From: Candidatus Iainarchaeum sp.
GTDB taxonomy: Archaea; B1Sed10-29; WALL01
DNA length: 64,000 bases
NCBI GenBank assembly: GCA_023129115.1
Contig: JAGMCR010000015.1
Location: forward strand, 1-64,000
Reading direction: 5' to 3'
In this document: in pieces, positions 39,230 to 48,051 of the stretch
How the letters are laid out: each line of letters opens with the position of its first letter
How positions within the stretch are numbered: the first letter of the stretch is position 1
Notes under the pieces: generated by a model
What the model saw: only the letters and a program-made list of their open reading frames with translations
Databases searched by the model: none
Told to the model about the DNA's origin: nothing
Position numbers and translations under genes: made by a program

Positions 39230-41437
39230 TTATCCCTTTTTTCTTCTGTGGTAGCCGTCGCGCTTCCACGCCTTGAACACTTTTTCCCGGGTGCGTTGCT
39301 TCACGCCCATTGCCTCTGCCAGCACGCTTGCCGTGAACGGGTCAACGCCGTGTTCCGCATGAATCCTGAGCAGCGCGTCACGCTCTTGCTGCTCTGTCCG
39401 GCTCTGCGAAAGGGCGTCACTAATTGTCCGCAATACCCTCTGCGCTTCTGTCCTATCCTTCTTGCCAAACTTCTCCACTCCCTCAACCGCTTTTTCCCTG
39501 GCGGCGATTTCCGTGCTGGGGAAGTGGTCTTCCACGATGCACACCGGTTCGCACTTCGCTTTTAGTTGTGTGAATTGAACCAGTTCGCCCGGCGTGATAA
39601 CCAGTTTGCCGAACGAGTCCCTGAACACCTTGTCGCCGATGAACTCGCCGACGTACTTCAGCATGGTCTTCTGGCTTTTTATGCCGAGGTAGTCCATGTA
39701 GTGCTGCACAGTGTTTTTTTCGCGCGCCGGGTTTTGGCTTGGAATGGTCCGCGTGACATGGTCGTAAAACTTTTTCTTCCTCGCCTCCATGGAGCGCGGC
39801 GGCCTCCGCTCCGTGGTTTCGCGCCTGTCGCCCCACTTTCGTGTACTCGGAACCCCCAGTTTGAGCCTATGCCTGAGCATGCTAAAGTTTATTTTTTCAA
39901 CGCTGTTCTGGAATCCCCAGCGCTTCCAGTTGTCGAGCATACTGGTCTTGGTTCGCTGGGGCAGGTCCAGTGCACTGGCGAGCACTGTCGCCATCAATGG
40001 CGTGACCCCGTGGTCGAGGTACACGTCATAAATCCTCTCCCTTTCTTCTTCCGCTGACCTGCTCTCCTGGACTGACCTCGCGATGTGCTTGAGGACGTGC
40101 TTGGCTTTTCTGAGGCCGAAGGACTGCAACAGCTTGAAGCTATTGGCGAACCTCCTCTTCGGTATCTTGGCTTTTTTGCCCTTCCTGCCGCCGTAATAGG
40201 GGCAGTACTCCACAGTAAGAGAGTGGGGGTCGGTCATCATCCTCTTGGCGACTACCCCGATGTTGTTGCTGACTGTGGGCTCAAACAATTGGCTGTACTT
40301 GTCCCTGAAGTCCTTGTGCCTGAACAATTCCACGACATAGTCCTGGACAGTGTCCACCCAGTCCACCCCAAGCATTTGCCGGTAGTACTCGAGCACGTCG
40401 CCTCCTGCCGCCTCGTGTTCTTTGGCGTCTGTCTGCATGACGTGCTCGAACAGCATTTGCTTGCGCTTTTGCCTGGAATAGCTGGACTCGTGCTTGACCC
40501 TGGCCTTGATGATGAAAGCGTGGCCCTGATTTTTCTTGAGCTCCTTCAGGTCCCCGCGCAGCGTGTTTTTTTGGATGCCCAGTTTTTTGGCGAGGCGGGG
40601 GATTGTCGTCGGCCCTTCCTGCAGGGCCTCGATTATTCGCCTGTGCCGCATCTCCTGCTCCGGCTCTGTCAGTTCCCCGTGCTTTTCCCTGAATTTTTTG
40701 TCCTTGAGCAATTCATTTAGGTCGAGGTAGTACGGCCCGCCAGTGACCCCTGCTTCGGCGAGCTTGTTTTGCACGTGTTCTTTGAGGCCGTGGCCCATCC
40801 ACTCCTCGGTCTCCATAATGATTTTGCGCATGAGCTTTTGCCGGGCGTATTTAGTGGTGTATTGTGACTTGTACAGCGCGAGCTTCTTGGGCTTGGCCCA
40901 CAGGTTGTCGTCGTCGATTACTTCGCGTATCTGCCGTTCTGTCGCGCCTTGCGACAGCCCGAACTCTTCTGCCAATTCCTCTGCAGTAAACGCTTTTCCT
41001 GACCCGAACGATTCTTTTATTCGTGCCTCGCGCTCTTCTTTCGTCAGCTCGACTGCCGCGGCAAAGTCTTTTTTGAAGTCTTGTTCTTGTGCCAGTTCTG
41101 CTCTATAGACATCTATTCTTCGTGTGGTAAGGCCGAATTTTTTCTTGAGTTGTTTTTTGGTGGTGACCCATGACTTTCGCTTGCCCTTGGCCGCGGCTTT
41201 TTTCATGTACTTGCGCATCAAGTGCTTGGCCATGGTCTTCCTGAACCCGAGCGAGGGCTCCCACTGGATTTCCTCAAGCTTTTTCTGTACCACGGGGTCT
41301 TCCTTGAGCGCCTTGAAGTCCAGCTTTATCATGCCGTGGGTCACCCCAAACTCGCTGGCGAGCTCCCGGGGCGTGAAAAGCTCTTCCTTAAGCAGCTTCT
41401 TCTTTATCGATTTCCTGCGCTTCTTCTGGATATTCAC
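39230..41437 (-). CDS. Multi-HTH basic protein with duplicated C-terminal domain
   Basis: Several HTH-like units (ELASEFGV, ELAEEFGLS, LAKKLGIQKNTLRGDL); two copies of HGVxP..A.VLA.A....QRT.....WKR.G. Confidence 0.75.
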   Translation of the reverse strand: MNIQKKRRKSIKKKLLKEELFTPRELASEFGVTHGMIKLDFKALKEDPVVQKKLEEIQWEPSLGFRKTMAKHLMRKYMKKAAAKGKRKSWVTTKKQLKKKFGLTTRRIDVYRAELAQEQDFKKDFAAAVELTKEEREARIKESFGSGKAFTAEELAEEFGLSQGATERQIREVIDDDNLWAKPKKLALYKSQYTTKYARQKLMRKIIMETEEWMGHGLKEHVQNKLAEAGVTGGPYYLDLNELLKDKKFREKHGELTEPEQEMRHRRIIEALQEGPTTIPRLAKKLGIQKNTLRGDLKELKKNQGHAFIIKARVKHESSYSRQKRKQMLFEHVMQTDAKEHEAAGGDVLEYYRQMLGVDWVDTVQDYVVELFRHKDFRDKYSQLFEPTVSNNIGVVAKRMMTDPHSLTVEYCPYYGGRKGKKAKIPKRRFANSFKLLQSFGLRKAKHVLKHIARSVQESRSAEEERERIYDVYLDHGVTPLMATVLASALDLPQRTKTSMLDNWKRWGFQNSVEKINFSMLRHRLKLGVPSTRKWGDRRETTERRPPRSMEARKKKFYDHVTRTIPSQNPAREKNTVQHYMDYLGIKSQKTMLKYVGEFIGDKVFRDSFGKLVITPGELVQFTQLKAKCEPVCIVEDHFPSTEIAAREKAVEGVEKFGKKDRTEAQRVLRTISDALSQSRTEQQERDALLRIHAEHGVDPFTASVLAEAMGVKQRTREKVFKAWKRDGYHRRKKG

Positions 41438-41543
41438 ACTAGACAGTAAGAGTTTCTACTAGATAAAGGTTTTGGTCTAATAACCCCTTTAAACTGGGTT
41501 TTTCGGGAAACCCTTTTATCTCTCCAGTGCATTAATTGTTGTT

Positions 41544-42929
41544 ATGGCCAGGAAAGCGGGGCCTTTGCCTAGACGCGTGATGGAGCTTTGGAACGCGAAG
41601 GCGCGGATTCCCGGGAAAATAAAGGATGTCGTTGTTTCTACTGCTGGAAAGCTTCGGACCAAAAAAGTAATTAAGCGGCTTAACAAGAGCAAGAACCCGG
41701 AGCACCGGAAACTGGCCAAGTGGCTGAAGAAAAACAATTATCACGTGCTTGACGTGAACGAAGAGTTTTTTTCGAGTGGTTTCAAGGACTCGTTTCTGTT
41801 GTATGGTGAGTCTCACCGCAACGAAGAGATGGCGCGTGACCAGGCAGGCCTTGTGCGGAGCATGAAGATTCGGCGCGTTATGCGTGAGGGGTTTGGTCCC
41901 AAGGAGAACTACGATTTTTCGGAGAATCCATTCCCGGCGCCTTATACGCTGCGGGGGATTGTTGAGGGTGCGCCTGAAATGTTGCCGGAAGAGGATTTGA
42001 ATCGCTTGAAGAAAGACTTCAAAAAGACGTTTAGTCGGGACGTGCTTCTCATGGATCGGTTCGAGAACACGTACGAGTCAACTTTGGGCATGTTCCGAGA
42101 GGGAATGAGTCCCGGAGGGCCTCCACACCCACGGTTTCCGGGGCTGGAAAAAGAGGTGAGGGCGGAGTACAAAAAAGCTGGTTGGAAGCACACTGGTGAC
42201 ATTGCAATGGACTTTCTGAAGCGCCTGGAGAATGGAAAAGGCGGGAAAGTTTTGAAGTCTCTTTTCAAGAAGTATGTGCACGATGGCAAGGGAGTAGAGT
42301 CGCATGTTCAGGAACACGTGCTTGGCTTGAACACGTTGCCTGGGTCTTTTGATGAGTTGATGGACACGCCGTTTTATGCGTGGCACCCGGCGATTTATGA
42401 TGCTTTGAAGAAGGGGAAGTACGTGCCGTCGGTTTTGCTGTCGCGGGAGACTGGTTTTGGTGAGTTGGTTCCTACTCGTACGGTGACGGGCCTTAGTGCG
42501 TACTTGGATGGTGCGGAGAACCAGAACGAACGGCTTGATCACGCGATGCAGGACATGCGTGCAGCTAATTTGGGGGTTGAGGATTTGGGGCTGCACAAAA
42601 AGTGTTTAATGGTGTTGGGTCGGCTTCAGGACGTGAGTGGTGAAAAGAAGAAAGAGAAAAAGTACCAGGCAAAATTGGATAAGGTCTTGGCAGATAGGGA
42701 GACAGCGTTTTTCAAGAATGCTATGATGCAGGTCAAGACGACTCCTCACTTGCCTGGCTTAAGCATAATACTTATGGGGGTTGAGCACGCAAAGAAGTCG
42801 TCGAACGTGAACAAACGGCTCAAAAGGCGTGGGGTGGGGTTCATTTCAATAAGGAAGCAAGTCCCACGAGAGCGGGGTGGAGACTTTCTGTACCACCTGG
42901 TTGTCGCAAAGGAAATAATGAAGAAGTAA
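41544..42929 (+). CDS. Hypothetical protein with TraB/ChaN/EreA(TIKI)-like motifs
   Basis: LLYGESH, VMREG, DRETAF, IILMGVEH. Confidence 0.55.
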   Translation: MARKAGPLPRRVMELWNAKARIPGKIKDVVVSTAGKLRTKKVIKRLNKSKNPEHRKLAKWLKKNNYHVLDVNEEFFSSGFKDSFLLYGESHRNEEMARDQAGLVRSMKIRRVMREGFGPKENYDFSENPFPAPYTLRGIVEGAPEMLPEEDLNRLKKDFKKTFSRDVLLMDRFENTYESTLGMFREGMSPGGPPHPRFPGLEKEVRAEYKKAGWKHTGDIAMDFLKRLENGKGGKVLKSLFKKYVHDGKGVESHVQEHVLGLNTLPGSFDELMDTPFYAWHPAIYDALKKGKYVPSVLLSRETGFGELVPTRTVTGLSAYLDGAENQNERLDHAMQDMRAANLGVEDLGLHKKCLMVLGRLQDVSGEKKKEKKYQAKLDKVLADRETAFFKNAMMQVKTTPHLPGLSIILMGVEHAKKSSNVNKRLKRRGVGFISIRKQVPRERGGDFLYHLVVAKEIMKK

Positions 42930-42963
42930 AAGCTTTTATCCCTCCATTTCCTATTCTTTGTTA

Positions 42964-44214
42964 ATGTCTATTGACACTCGCTTGGAAGCGCTTCTTGTTG
43001 GTGAGCTGCGGGGCGAGAACAAGAAGGTCCAGAAGCTGTGCATGGACTGGCTTAAGAAGGCCTCGAAAAAGCACAATATTTGGAACGGGCACGCCGAGGC
43101 AGTCATGATTCTTCTGGGGCACCCGCTCGTCAAGACTGATAAAGAAAACATGATGAAGGTCTTGTTGAGGGACACGGCTGACGTGGACCTCAATTTCTTG
43201 TTGAACGTGGGCCCGGCGTTAGCGACGCAGATGAGGCCCCGGGACGTCCCACGGGCGCTGAAGATGGGCTCACAGCTCTACGCGAAGAGGGGCAGCCCTG
43301 AGCACGACCCTGATTTTTTGAGGGGGATTAGGGATATGGCTCGTTCAGAGGGCGGGCTGGTGAAGCTCGAGAACGCCAACAGGATTGGAAACCACATCAT
43401 GAGCCTGGCACCCCAGCATGAGCCAAACATGATTCCTTATATCCAGAGCCTTGGCCAGGAAATGCCCGAGCAACTGGGATTTATCGCGAGCCTGCAGCAC
43501 GTGAAGACGCCTTCGTCGTACTTGTGGCAGCACAACCAGTTACTGAAGACGTTGTCGCGGTACGTGGTTGAGGGTAGGATTGGCGCGGGTGAAATGAAGA
43601 AGTTGGGCGGCCGGTTGATTGATTTGCCGCCGCCGATGGCGTTGACTGCGTTGGCGACGCGGGTGCTTCCTGCGGTGGAGAGTGGTAGTGACTTGAAGCC
43701 TGTGTTGCACGAGCTTGGGCTGAAGCGCGAGAAGAAGCGGCTTGCTGAGGAAACGGTTGCGGAGAACGAGAGGTTCGAGGAGGCGATGCGCAGCATTTGG
43801 CGGGGGAAGCAGGTGAAGCGCGAGGAGTTCGTGAAGGCAGTGAACCACGTTATTGACCATTGCGTTAAGGAATTGAAAATCATTAACGCGGAGTTCAGTG
43901 GCTTGAATTTTGTGTTGGCTCCTGTGGCTGCTCACGAGGCGGATGTTCGTGCGGGCCAGATTTACTCTATTTTGTATGGTTGTGACTTGCGTGGGTTGCT
44001 TGAGAAAGAGGACGTAAAAAAATTCACTAAGCGGATTTTGCGTGAGGTGCATCCGGGTGGCAAGCACGAGGGGTTGAAGCCCGTGTACAAAAAGTGGTTT
44101 CCGATGCTCAGCTACCGGCTTGAGGAAGGCGTGCGTGCTGACAGGGAAGTGTACTTAATCCCGAAGCACCCCGAGTCAATCAAGCGCAAAAAAACAAAGC
44201 GATTAAAGAAATAA
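42964..44214 (+). CDS. Hypothetical helical protein (cargo)
   Basis: ATG about 25 nt after CTTTTATCC; its stop overlaps the ATG of the nuclease remnant. Confidence 0.75.
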   Translation: MSIDTRLEALLVGELRGENKKVQKLCMDWLKKASKKHNIWNGHAEAVMILLGHPLVKTDKENMMKVLLRDTADVDLNFLLNVGPALATQMRPRDVPRALKMGSQLYAKRGSPEHDPDFLRGIRDMARSEGGLVKLENANRIGNHIMSLAPQHEPNMIPYIQSLGQEMPEQLGFIASLQHVKTPSSYLWQHNQLLKTLSRYVVEGRIGAGEMKKLGGRLIDLPPPMALTALATRVLPAVESGSDLKPVLHELGLKREKKRLAEETVAENERFEEAMRSIWRGKQVKREEFVKAVNHVIDHCVKELKIINAEFSGLNFVLAPVAAHEADVRAGQIYSILYGCDLRGLLEKEDVKKFTKRILREVHPGGKHEGLKPVYKKWFPMLSYRLEEGVRADREVYLIPKHPESIKRKKTKRLKK

Positions 44215-44276
44215 TGCCCACTTGGTCCCACAGCAGAATCAGCATTTACGAGTCCTGCCCCCTCAACTTCAGCTGA
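44214..44276 (+). pseudogene. 5' remnant of the nuclease gene
   Basis: MPTWSHSRISIYESCPLNFS* matches the nuclease N-terminus at 16 of 20 aa with many synonymous changes. Confidence 0.92.
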
Positions 44277-44368
44277 AACTCAGCCCAGACGAGAATGCCC
44301 CGGCGTTTTCCTTTGGGAAATTCGCCAGGTACCCCGGCAATCCGTTGGGATTCGCCAGGTGGCTCGTT
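44270..44368. repeat. Modular hairpin repeat copy
   Basis: CAGCTGAAACTCAGCCCAGACGAGAAT plus two CC(T/G)TTGGGA..TTCGCCAGGT units, as at 33429. Confidence 0.85.
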
Positions 44369-44507
44369 AGACGAGGGCGGCACAAGTTTATGGGTAGATT
44401 GTGGCAGTATTGAGACACATTTGGGTTAAGCGAGAAAACAAATGTCATTCTGGATGAGCTCTAAACGGAATTGAAAGCTTAAATATTAGAAAGATTAAGA
44501 TTTATGC

Positions 44508-44596
44508 AGAGCTGGAGTCTTTGTGGAATCCCCTGGTGGGTAACCTAAAAGGCGTCGAAGGCTTACCACCCACCCGTTGAGGGTGGGGCCATTTTT
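44508..44596 (+). ncRNA. Candidate small RNA convergent with a DUF3800-like ORF
   Basis: CTTAAATA box at 44478; AGUCUUUG/CGAAGGCU stem; CCCACCC-GUUGA-GGGUGGG hairpin; U-tract. Confidence 0.5.
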
Positions 44597-44615
44597 ATTG
44601 CCATTAGCCCTAACT

Positions 44616-45149
44616 TTATATCGTGTGTTCTTCAACAAAGGAGCAAGCACTCTTTTGGCGGGTATACATGCCCAGCATGACATCACTAAGCTGGACTGCC
44701 CTAGAATAAGAATCAACCTCATGCCCATACACGCTAAGGGTTTGGTCCAACTTATTCTTAATCGTAATCTGGATTTCATTTGATTTGTGGCGGATTGGGA
44801 CTGTTTTTCCTGTTATCTCTATAGCCAGTTCTTTCAACAATCGTTCCAGGAAACAATACGTGCTATCTTTCACTTTTTTAACTGCATAGTCCCCCCGGTG
44901 AACATCTATGCTGATAGCCCCATGACGCTCTTCAAAGAGGGGAATCAAAATTTTGCCCATCTCGTGAGGCACAGTCTTCAAATAGTAATATTTTGCAGGC
45001 GTGTCCGGGGGTTTGACGTGATAAAACACAAAACATCTAACGGGAGACGCATCAAAAATGGGGGGAGCATCCTTGAGGATTACTTGCTTCGCTTGACTTG
45101 GCCCGGGGGCCGTGGAAGGCTGTTGGATGGGTTTGTGAGGGACTCTCAA
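44616..45149 (-). CDS. DUF3800-like protein, possibly 5'-degraded
   Basis: C-terminal SRAVQLSDVMLGMY matches SPEVQAADIMLGMY of 47272-47958; no N-terminal acidic motif visible. Confidence 0.55.
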   Translation of the reverse strand: MRVPHKPIQQPSTAPGPSQAKQVILKDAPPIFDASPVRCFVFYHVKPPDTPAKYYYLKTVPHEMGKILIPLFEERHGAISIDVHRGDYAVKKVKDSTYCFLERLLKELAIEITGKTVPIRHKSNEIQITIKNKLDQTLSVYGHEVDSYSRAVQLSDVMLGMYTRQKSACSFVEEHTI

Positions 45150-45472
45150 TCCTCTTCCATTATTCTCGCCGATTTAATTTTGGGGATGAACAAAGATTAC
45201 GGGAAGATGGATGGGGTGATAACAAAAAGCATTTAAGGGCGATGGATGCGGGGAATTATGGCCCCCCGCAGGCCACAAACCTTCGACGGTTCAGTGGGTG
45301 AAGCCCTCTGGGGCAATCCCATGAACCTCCAGTTCCGCTGTTTACTTTCGAAACCCTATTTATATGCCTAACCGTTAGGTTTAAAAAGGGGTCGTGGGGG
45401 CAAAACCAGGAAGAGGTGGCCACGCCGCTGCTTTTTGCGGTCACCCAAGAACCACAAAATCTAGCGAAAGGC

Positions 45473-45682
45473 TTAATCCAAAATATTCTTGATGTCACTC
45501 AAACTGTTTTCCAAATCAGTGATATTCTGGGTTATGTCCTGTTCTACATCGGCAACATCTGGTTCGATTGTTGGCTCAGGTGTCGGGGTTGGCGTTGAGG
45601 CCTCTTCTGTGCCACTTATACATCCCATCATAAAAACCATGCAAATAATGGTTGAAACAGCAAATAATTTCCGCATATTCAT
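45473..45682 (-). CDS. Small lipoprotein
   Basis: MMGC lipobox; PT linker. Confidence 0.7.
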   Translation of the reverse strand: MNMRKLFAVSTIICMVFMMGCISGTEEASTPTPTPEPTIEPDVADVEQDITQNITDLENSLSDIKNILD

Positions 45683-46983
45683 TCCCCCGTTATCTTGTTG
45701 AACACGTTCTCAAGCTTACGTTCCAAACGGCTCGCATAGTTCTTCAGCTTTAGTTTGTTGCCTTTGGTGTCATTCGGGCCAAGGCCCTTGGTTATGGAAA
45801 GCATTTCGTCGACTTCCAATTGTGTGTCATCTATTGCCCCCATTACCCTTTGCCATTTCATTGCTTTGTTCTCTTCGCCTTTGTTTTGGTAATGTTCGTG
45901 AATGAATTGGACTTTTCCTTCAATAGTATCAAGAAGGATTTTTATCTCCTCGAGCTTGAGGACTATCAACGCCAACTCAGACGAAGGAACGACTTCGTCT
46001 GCCTTGCATTCCCCCAAATAACCCCCCTGAGCCAAGTGTGCGTCAACTGCTGCTTCTGCGACACACATGGTCATATTGGAGTTCGATTGGGTGTGGCATA
46101 GTTGCACCTGGCCGTTTGGACAAGGGTTTGGGGTTGGCCCGGGCGTTGGGCTTGGGGTCGCGGTCGGTGAGGGGCTTGCTGTGGGCGAAGGTGTGGCTGT
46201 TGGGCTCGGCGTGGGGGTGGGCGAGGGTGTGGCTGTTGGTGTCGCGGTCGGAGTGGGTGTTGGGCTCGGGGTTGCTGTAGGTGAGGGGGTTGGAGTAGGT
46301 GTTGCCGTTGGAGTTGGAGTCGCTGTAGGCGTTGGAGTCGCTGTAGGCGTTGGAGTCGCTGTAGGCGTTGGAGTCGGAGTGGGAGTTGGAGTTGGCGTGG
46401 GAGTCGGTGTTGGCGTGGGGGTTGGGCTCGGGTCCTCGTAAACCAATCGAATGAAATCTATCGAGGCTGCGTTATGTTTCGTTAGTTCGGAGTCTTCCAC
46501 GTATACATGAAACTCGGAAGAATTTGGGGTTATCTCGCCATAGTATGTTTCATAGGTATAAGCCACTCCGGTTAATGGCTTGATGGCGTGCACCGGCGTG
46601 CTATTCGCCTCGGTATATACCTTGGTCCCAAAATGCCAGGTGTTCGGCCCGATGTAGGTAGTAAAGTACATGTCATATGTTTGTTCTGCAGTCAAACCTG
46701 TAAGCTTAATATCAAATACTGGCCCACCTGTCCCAAGTGGATCGGTGTATAAACAATCTCCTTCTCTGCAGTTGTCATTATAATTAAGAGCAGCAGCATG
46801 ATATTCTCCCAGAGTACTGGGGACATATTGCCACATATTGTAAGAGCCACCCGGATTGGATTGGAGTGGGATACTCCAATAAGCAGTAACTGCATAATCC
46901 TCTGCCTCGAAATACGCCTCTCCCGCCAGAACTCCAGTAAATAAAACTAAAAGAGCCACTGAAAATAACGCCAATCGATTCAT
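45679..46983 (-). CDS. Secreted surface protein with a long Pro/Thr linker
   Basis: Signal MNRLALFSVALL; (PT)n tract at about 46130-46435; LCH...MCV...AVDAHL..G.YLGEC module. Confidence 0.8.
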   Translation of the reverse strand: MNRLALFSVALLVLFTGVLAGEAYFEAEDYAVTAYWSIPLQSNPGGSYNMWQYVPSTLGEYHAAALNYNDNCREGDCLYTDPLGTGGPVFDIKLTGLTAEQTYDMYFTTYIGPNTWHFGTKVYTEANSTPVHAIKPLTGVAYTYETYYGEITPNSSEFHVYVEDSELTKHNAASIDFIRLVYEDPSPTPTPTPTPTPTPTPTPTPTPTATPTPTATPTPTATPTPTATPTPTPSPTATPSPTPTPTATPTATPSPTPTPSPTATPSPTASPSPTATPSPTPGPTPNPCPNGQVQLCHTQSNSNMTMCVAEAAVDAHLAQGGYLGECKADEVVPSSELALIVLKLEEIKILLDTIEGKVQFIHEHYQNKGEENKAMKWQRVMGAIDDTQLEVDEMLSITKGLGPNDTKGNKLKLKNYASRLERKLENVFNKITGE

Positions 46984-47062
46984 AGAAACACCCGGGTTTA
47001 AGGGAGGGCTTTTCTGGTATTTACGGGTTTTGGTAACCATTAAATTCCCCCTCCACCTATCC

Positions 47063-47120
47063 CTATCCAATGCCTATCTGGCTCCACTCCCGCATTTCGG
47101 CGAGTGAGTCCCTGCCCCCC
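47063..47120 (+). pseudogene. 5' remnant of the nuclease gene
   Basis: CTATCCAATGCC is identical to the intact start context; reads MPIWLHSRISASES..; 3' part identical to the 32663 remnant. Confidence 0.88.
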
Positions 47121-47183
47121 TGTTTTTGATATTTAAACCCCTCCAATAACTTTAAAAAGGGTGTTTTTGTGAACCTGTTCTTA

Positions 47184-47272
47184 GTGCTCGAGGCGTTTGC
47201 GTATCGGCCCTTGGGTTTTACGCGCACGCGCTTGCGACGGCACTCGCCCGGGGCTTTGGGTCCCGGGCTTTT
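47184..47272 (+). ncRNA. Candidate small RNA convergent with a DUF3800-like gene
   Basis: TATA-like box upstream; long GUGC...GCAC hairpin; GCCCGGGGC-UUUGG-GUCCCGGGC plus UUUU ending at the stop of the opposite gene. Confidence 0.65.
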
Positions 47273-47958
47273 CACTTTATTTCTCTTAGCGCTACGCGGT
47301 TGAGCCGCTGGTTTTTGGAGCGGGCGAGAGAGTACATGCCCAGCATTATGTCGGCGGCCTGGACTTCGGGCGATGACTGTGAGCCAATCGAGCCGGACAG
47401 CTTGATCCTTCTGCCGTTTTTGCGGTAAGCGGATAGTGAAGTGCTGTGTTTTTTACGGATTGGCGCAATGTAGGCACCCACCACAGCAAATGAGAGGTTG
47501 GACAAGAGTTCGCTTAGGAATATGTTGGATGGGCGTTGTGAGGAGGGGCTGGGGCTTGGAACCAATGCGTCAAAGTCCGTGTCCGGCACGACTGTAATAC
47601 TGTCAGTGCGTTCGTTGATTAAGTAGCCAATGTCTGCAGCGATGGCGGCGGGGCATTCTTTGAGGTAGTAGTTTCTTCTTGATTTTTCGCCTCTTGTTGC
47701 CAAGAATATGATTGCCCTGAGCCCGAGTGCCTCAAGGGCGTTGTGGTGTTCGGCCAGTATGCGCTCCCTCAGTGGCGCTTTTATGTGTTTCCAGTGGATG
47801 CTGCCGGTGTAGCCGTTCAAGCGAGCGGTGGATTCAATGCTGGAAACAAAGCGGTTGATTGCTTCCGGGCTTCCGACTACTGCACAGATGAGTCTCCGCC
47901 CTTTGCTGTGCCTGCCCTTGTCTTTTGACGTGTCGATGCCGACAGCAATGTTTCCCAC
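47272..47958 (-). CDS. DUF3800-like (RNase H fold) protein
   Basis: N-terminal VGIDTS, IHWK, VVPD, C-terminal EVQAADIMLG. Confidence 0.65.
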   Translation of the reverse strand: MGNIAVGIDTSKDKGRHSKGRRLICAVVGSPEAINRFVSSIESTARLNGYTGSIHWKHIKAPLRERILAEHHNALEALGLRAIIFLATRGEKSRRNYYLKECPAAIAADIGYLINERTDSITVVPDTDFDALVPSPSPSSQRPSNIFLSELLSNLSFAVVGAYIAPIRKKHSTSLSAYRKNGRRIKLSGSIGSQSSPEVQAADIMLGMYSLARSKNQRLNRVALREIK

Positions 47959-48051
47959 TGGCCTTAAACACGATTGGACGCCTTAAAAACGGCTTTGCAT
48001 TTGCCTTGCCGAGGCCCCGCAGAGGCAGGAAAAGGTTTTTATCCCGCTTCG

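Noticed and set aside
45288-45327. Archaeal SECIS-like GAA/A hairpin
   Set aside because: No adjacent gene with a plausible in-frame Sec UGA; kept only as a generic structured RNA candidate.
46130-46435. Low-complexity GT-rich repeat (also about 28120-28235)
   Set aside because: Explained by Pro/Thr linkers encoded on the minus strand.
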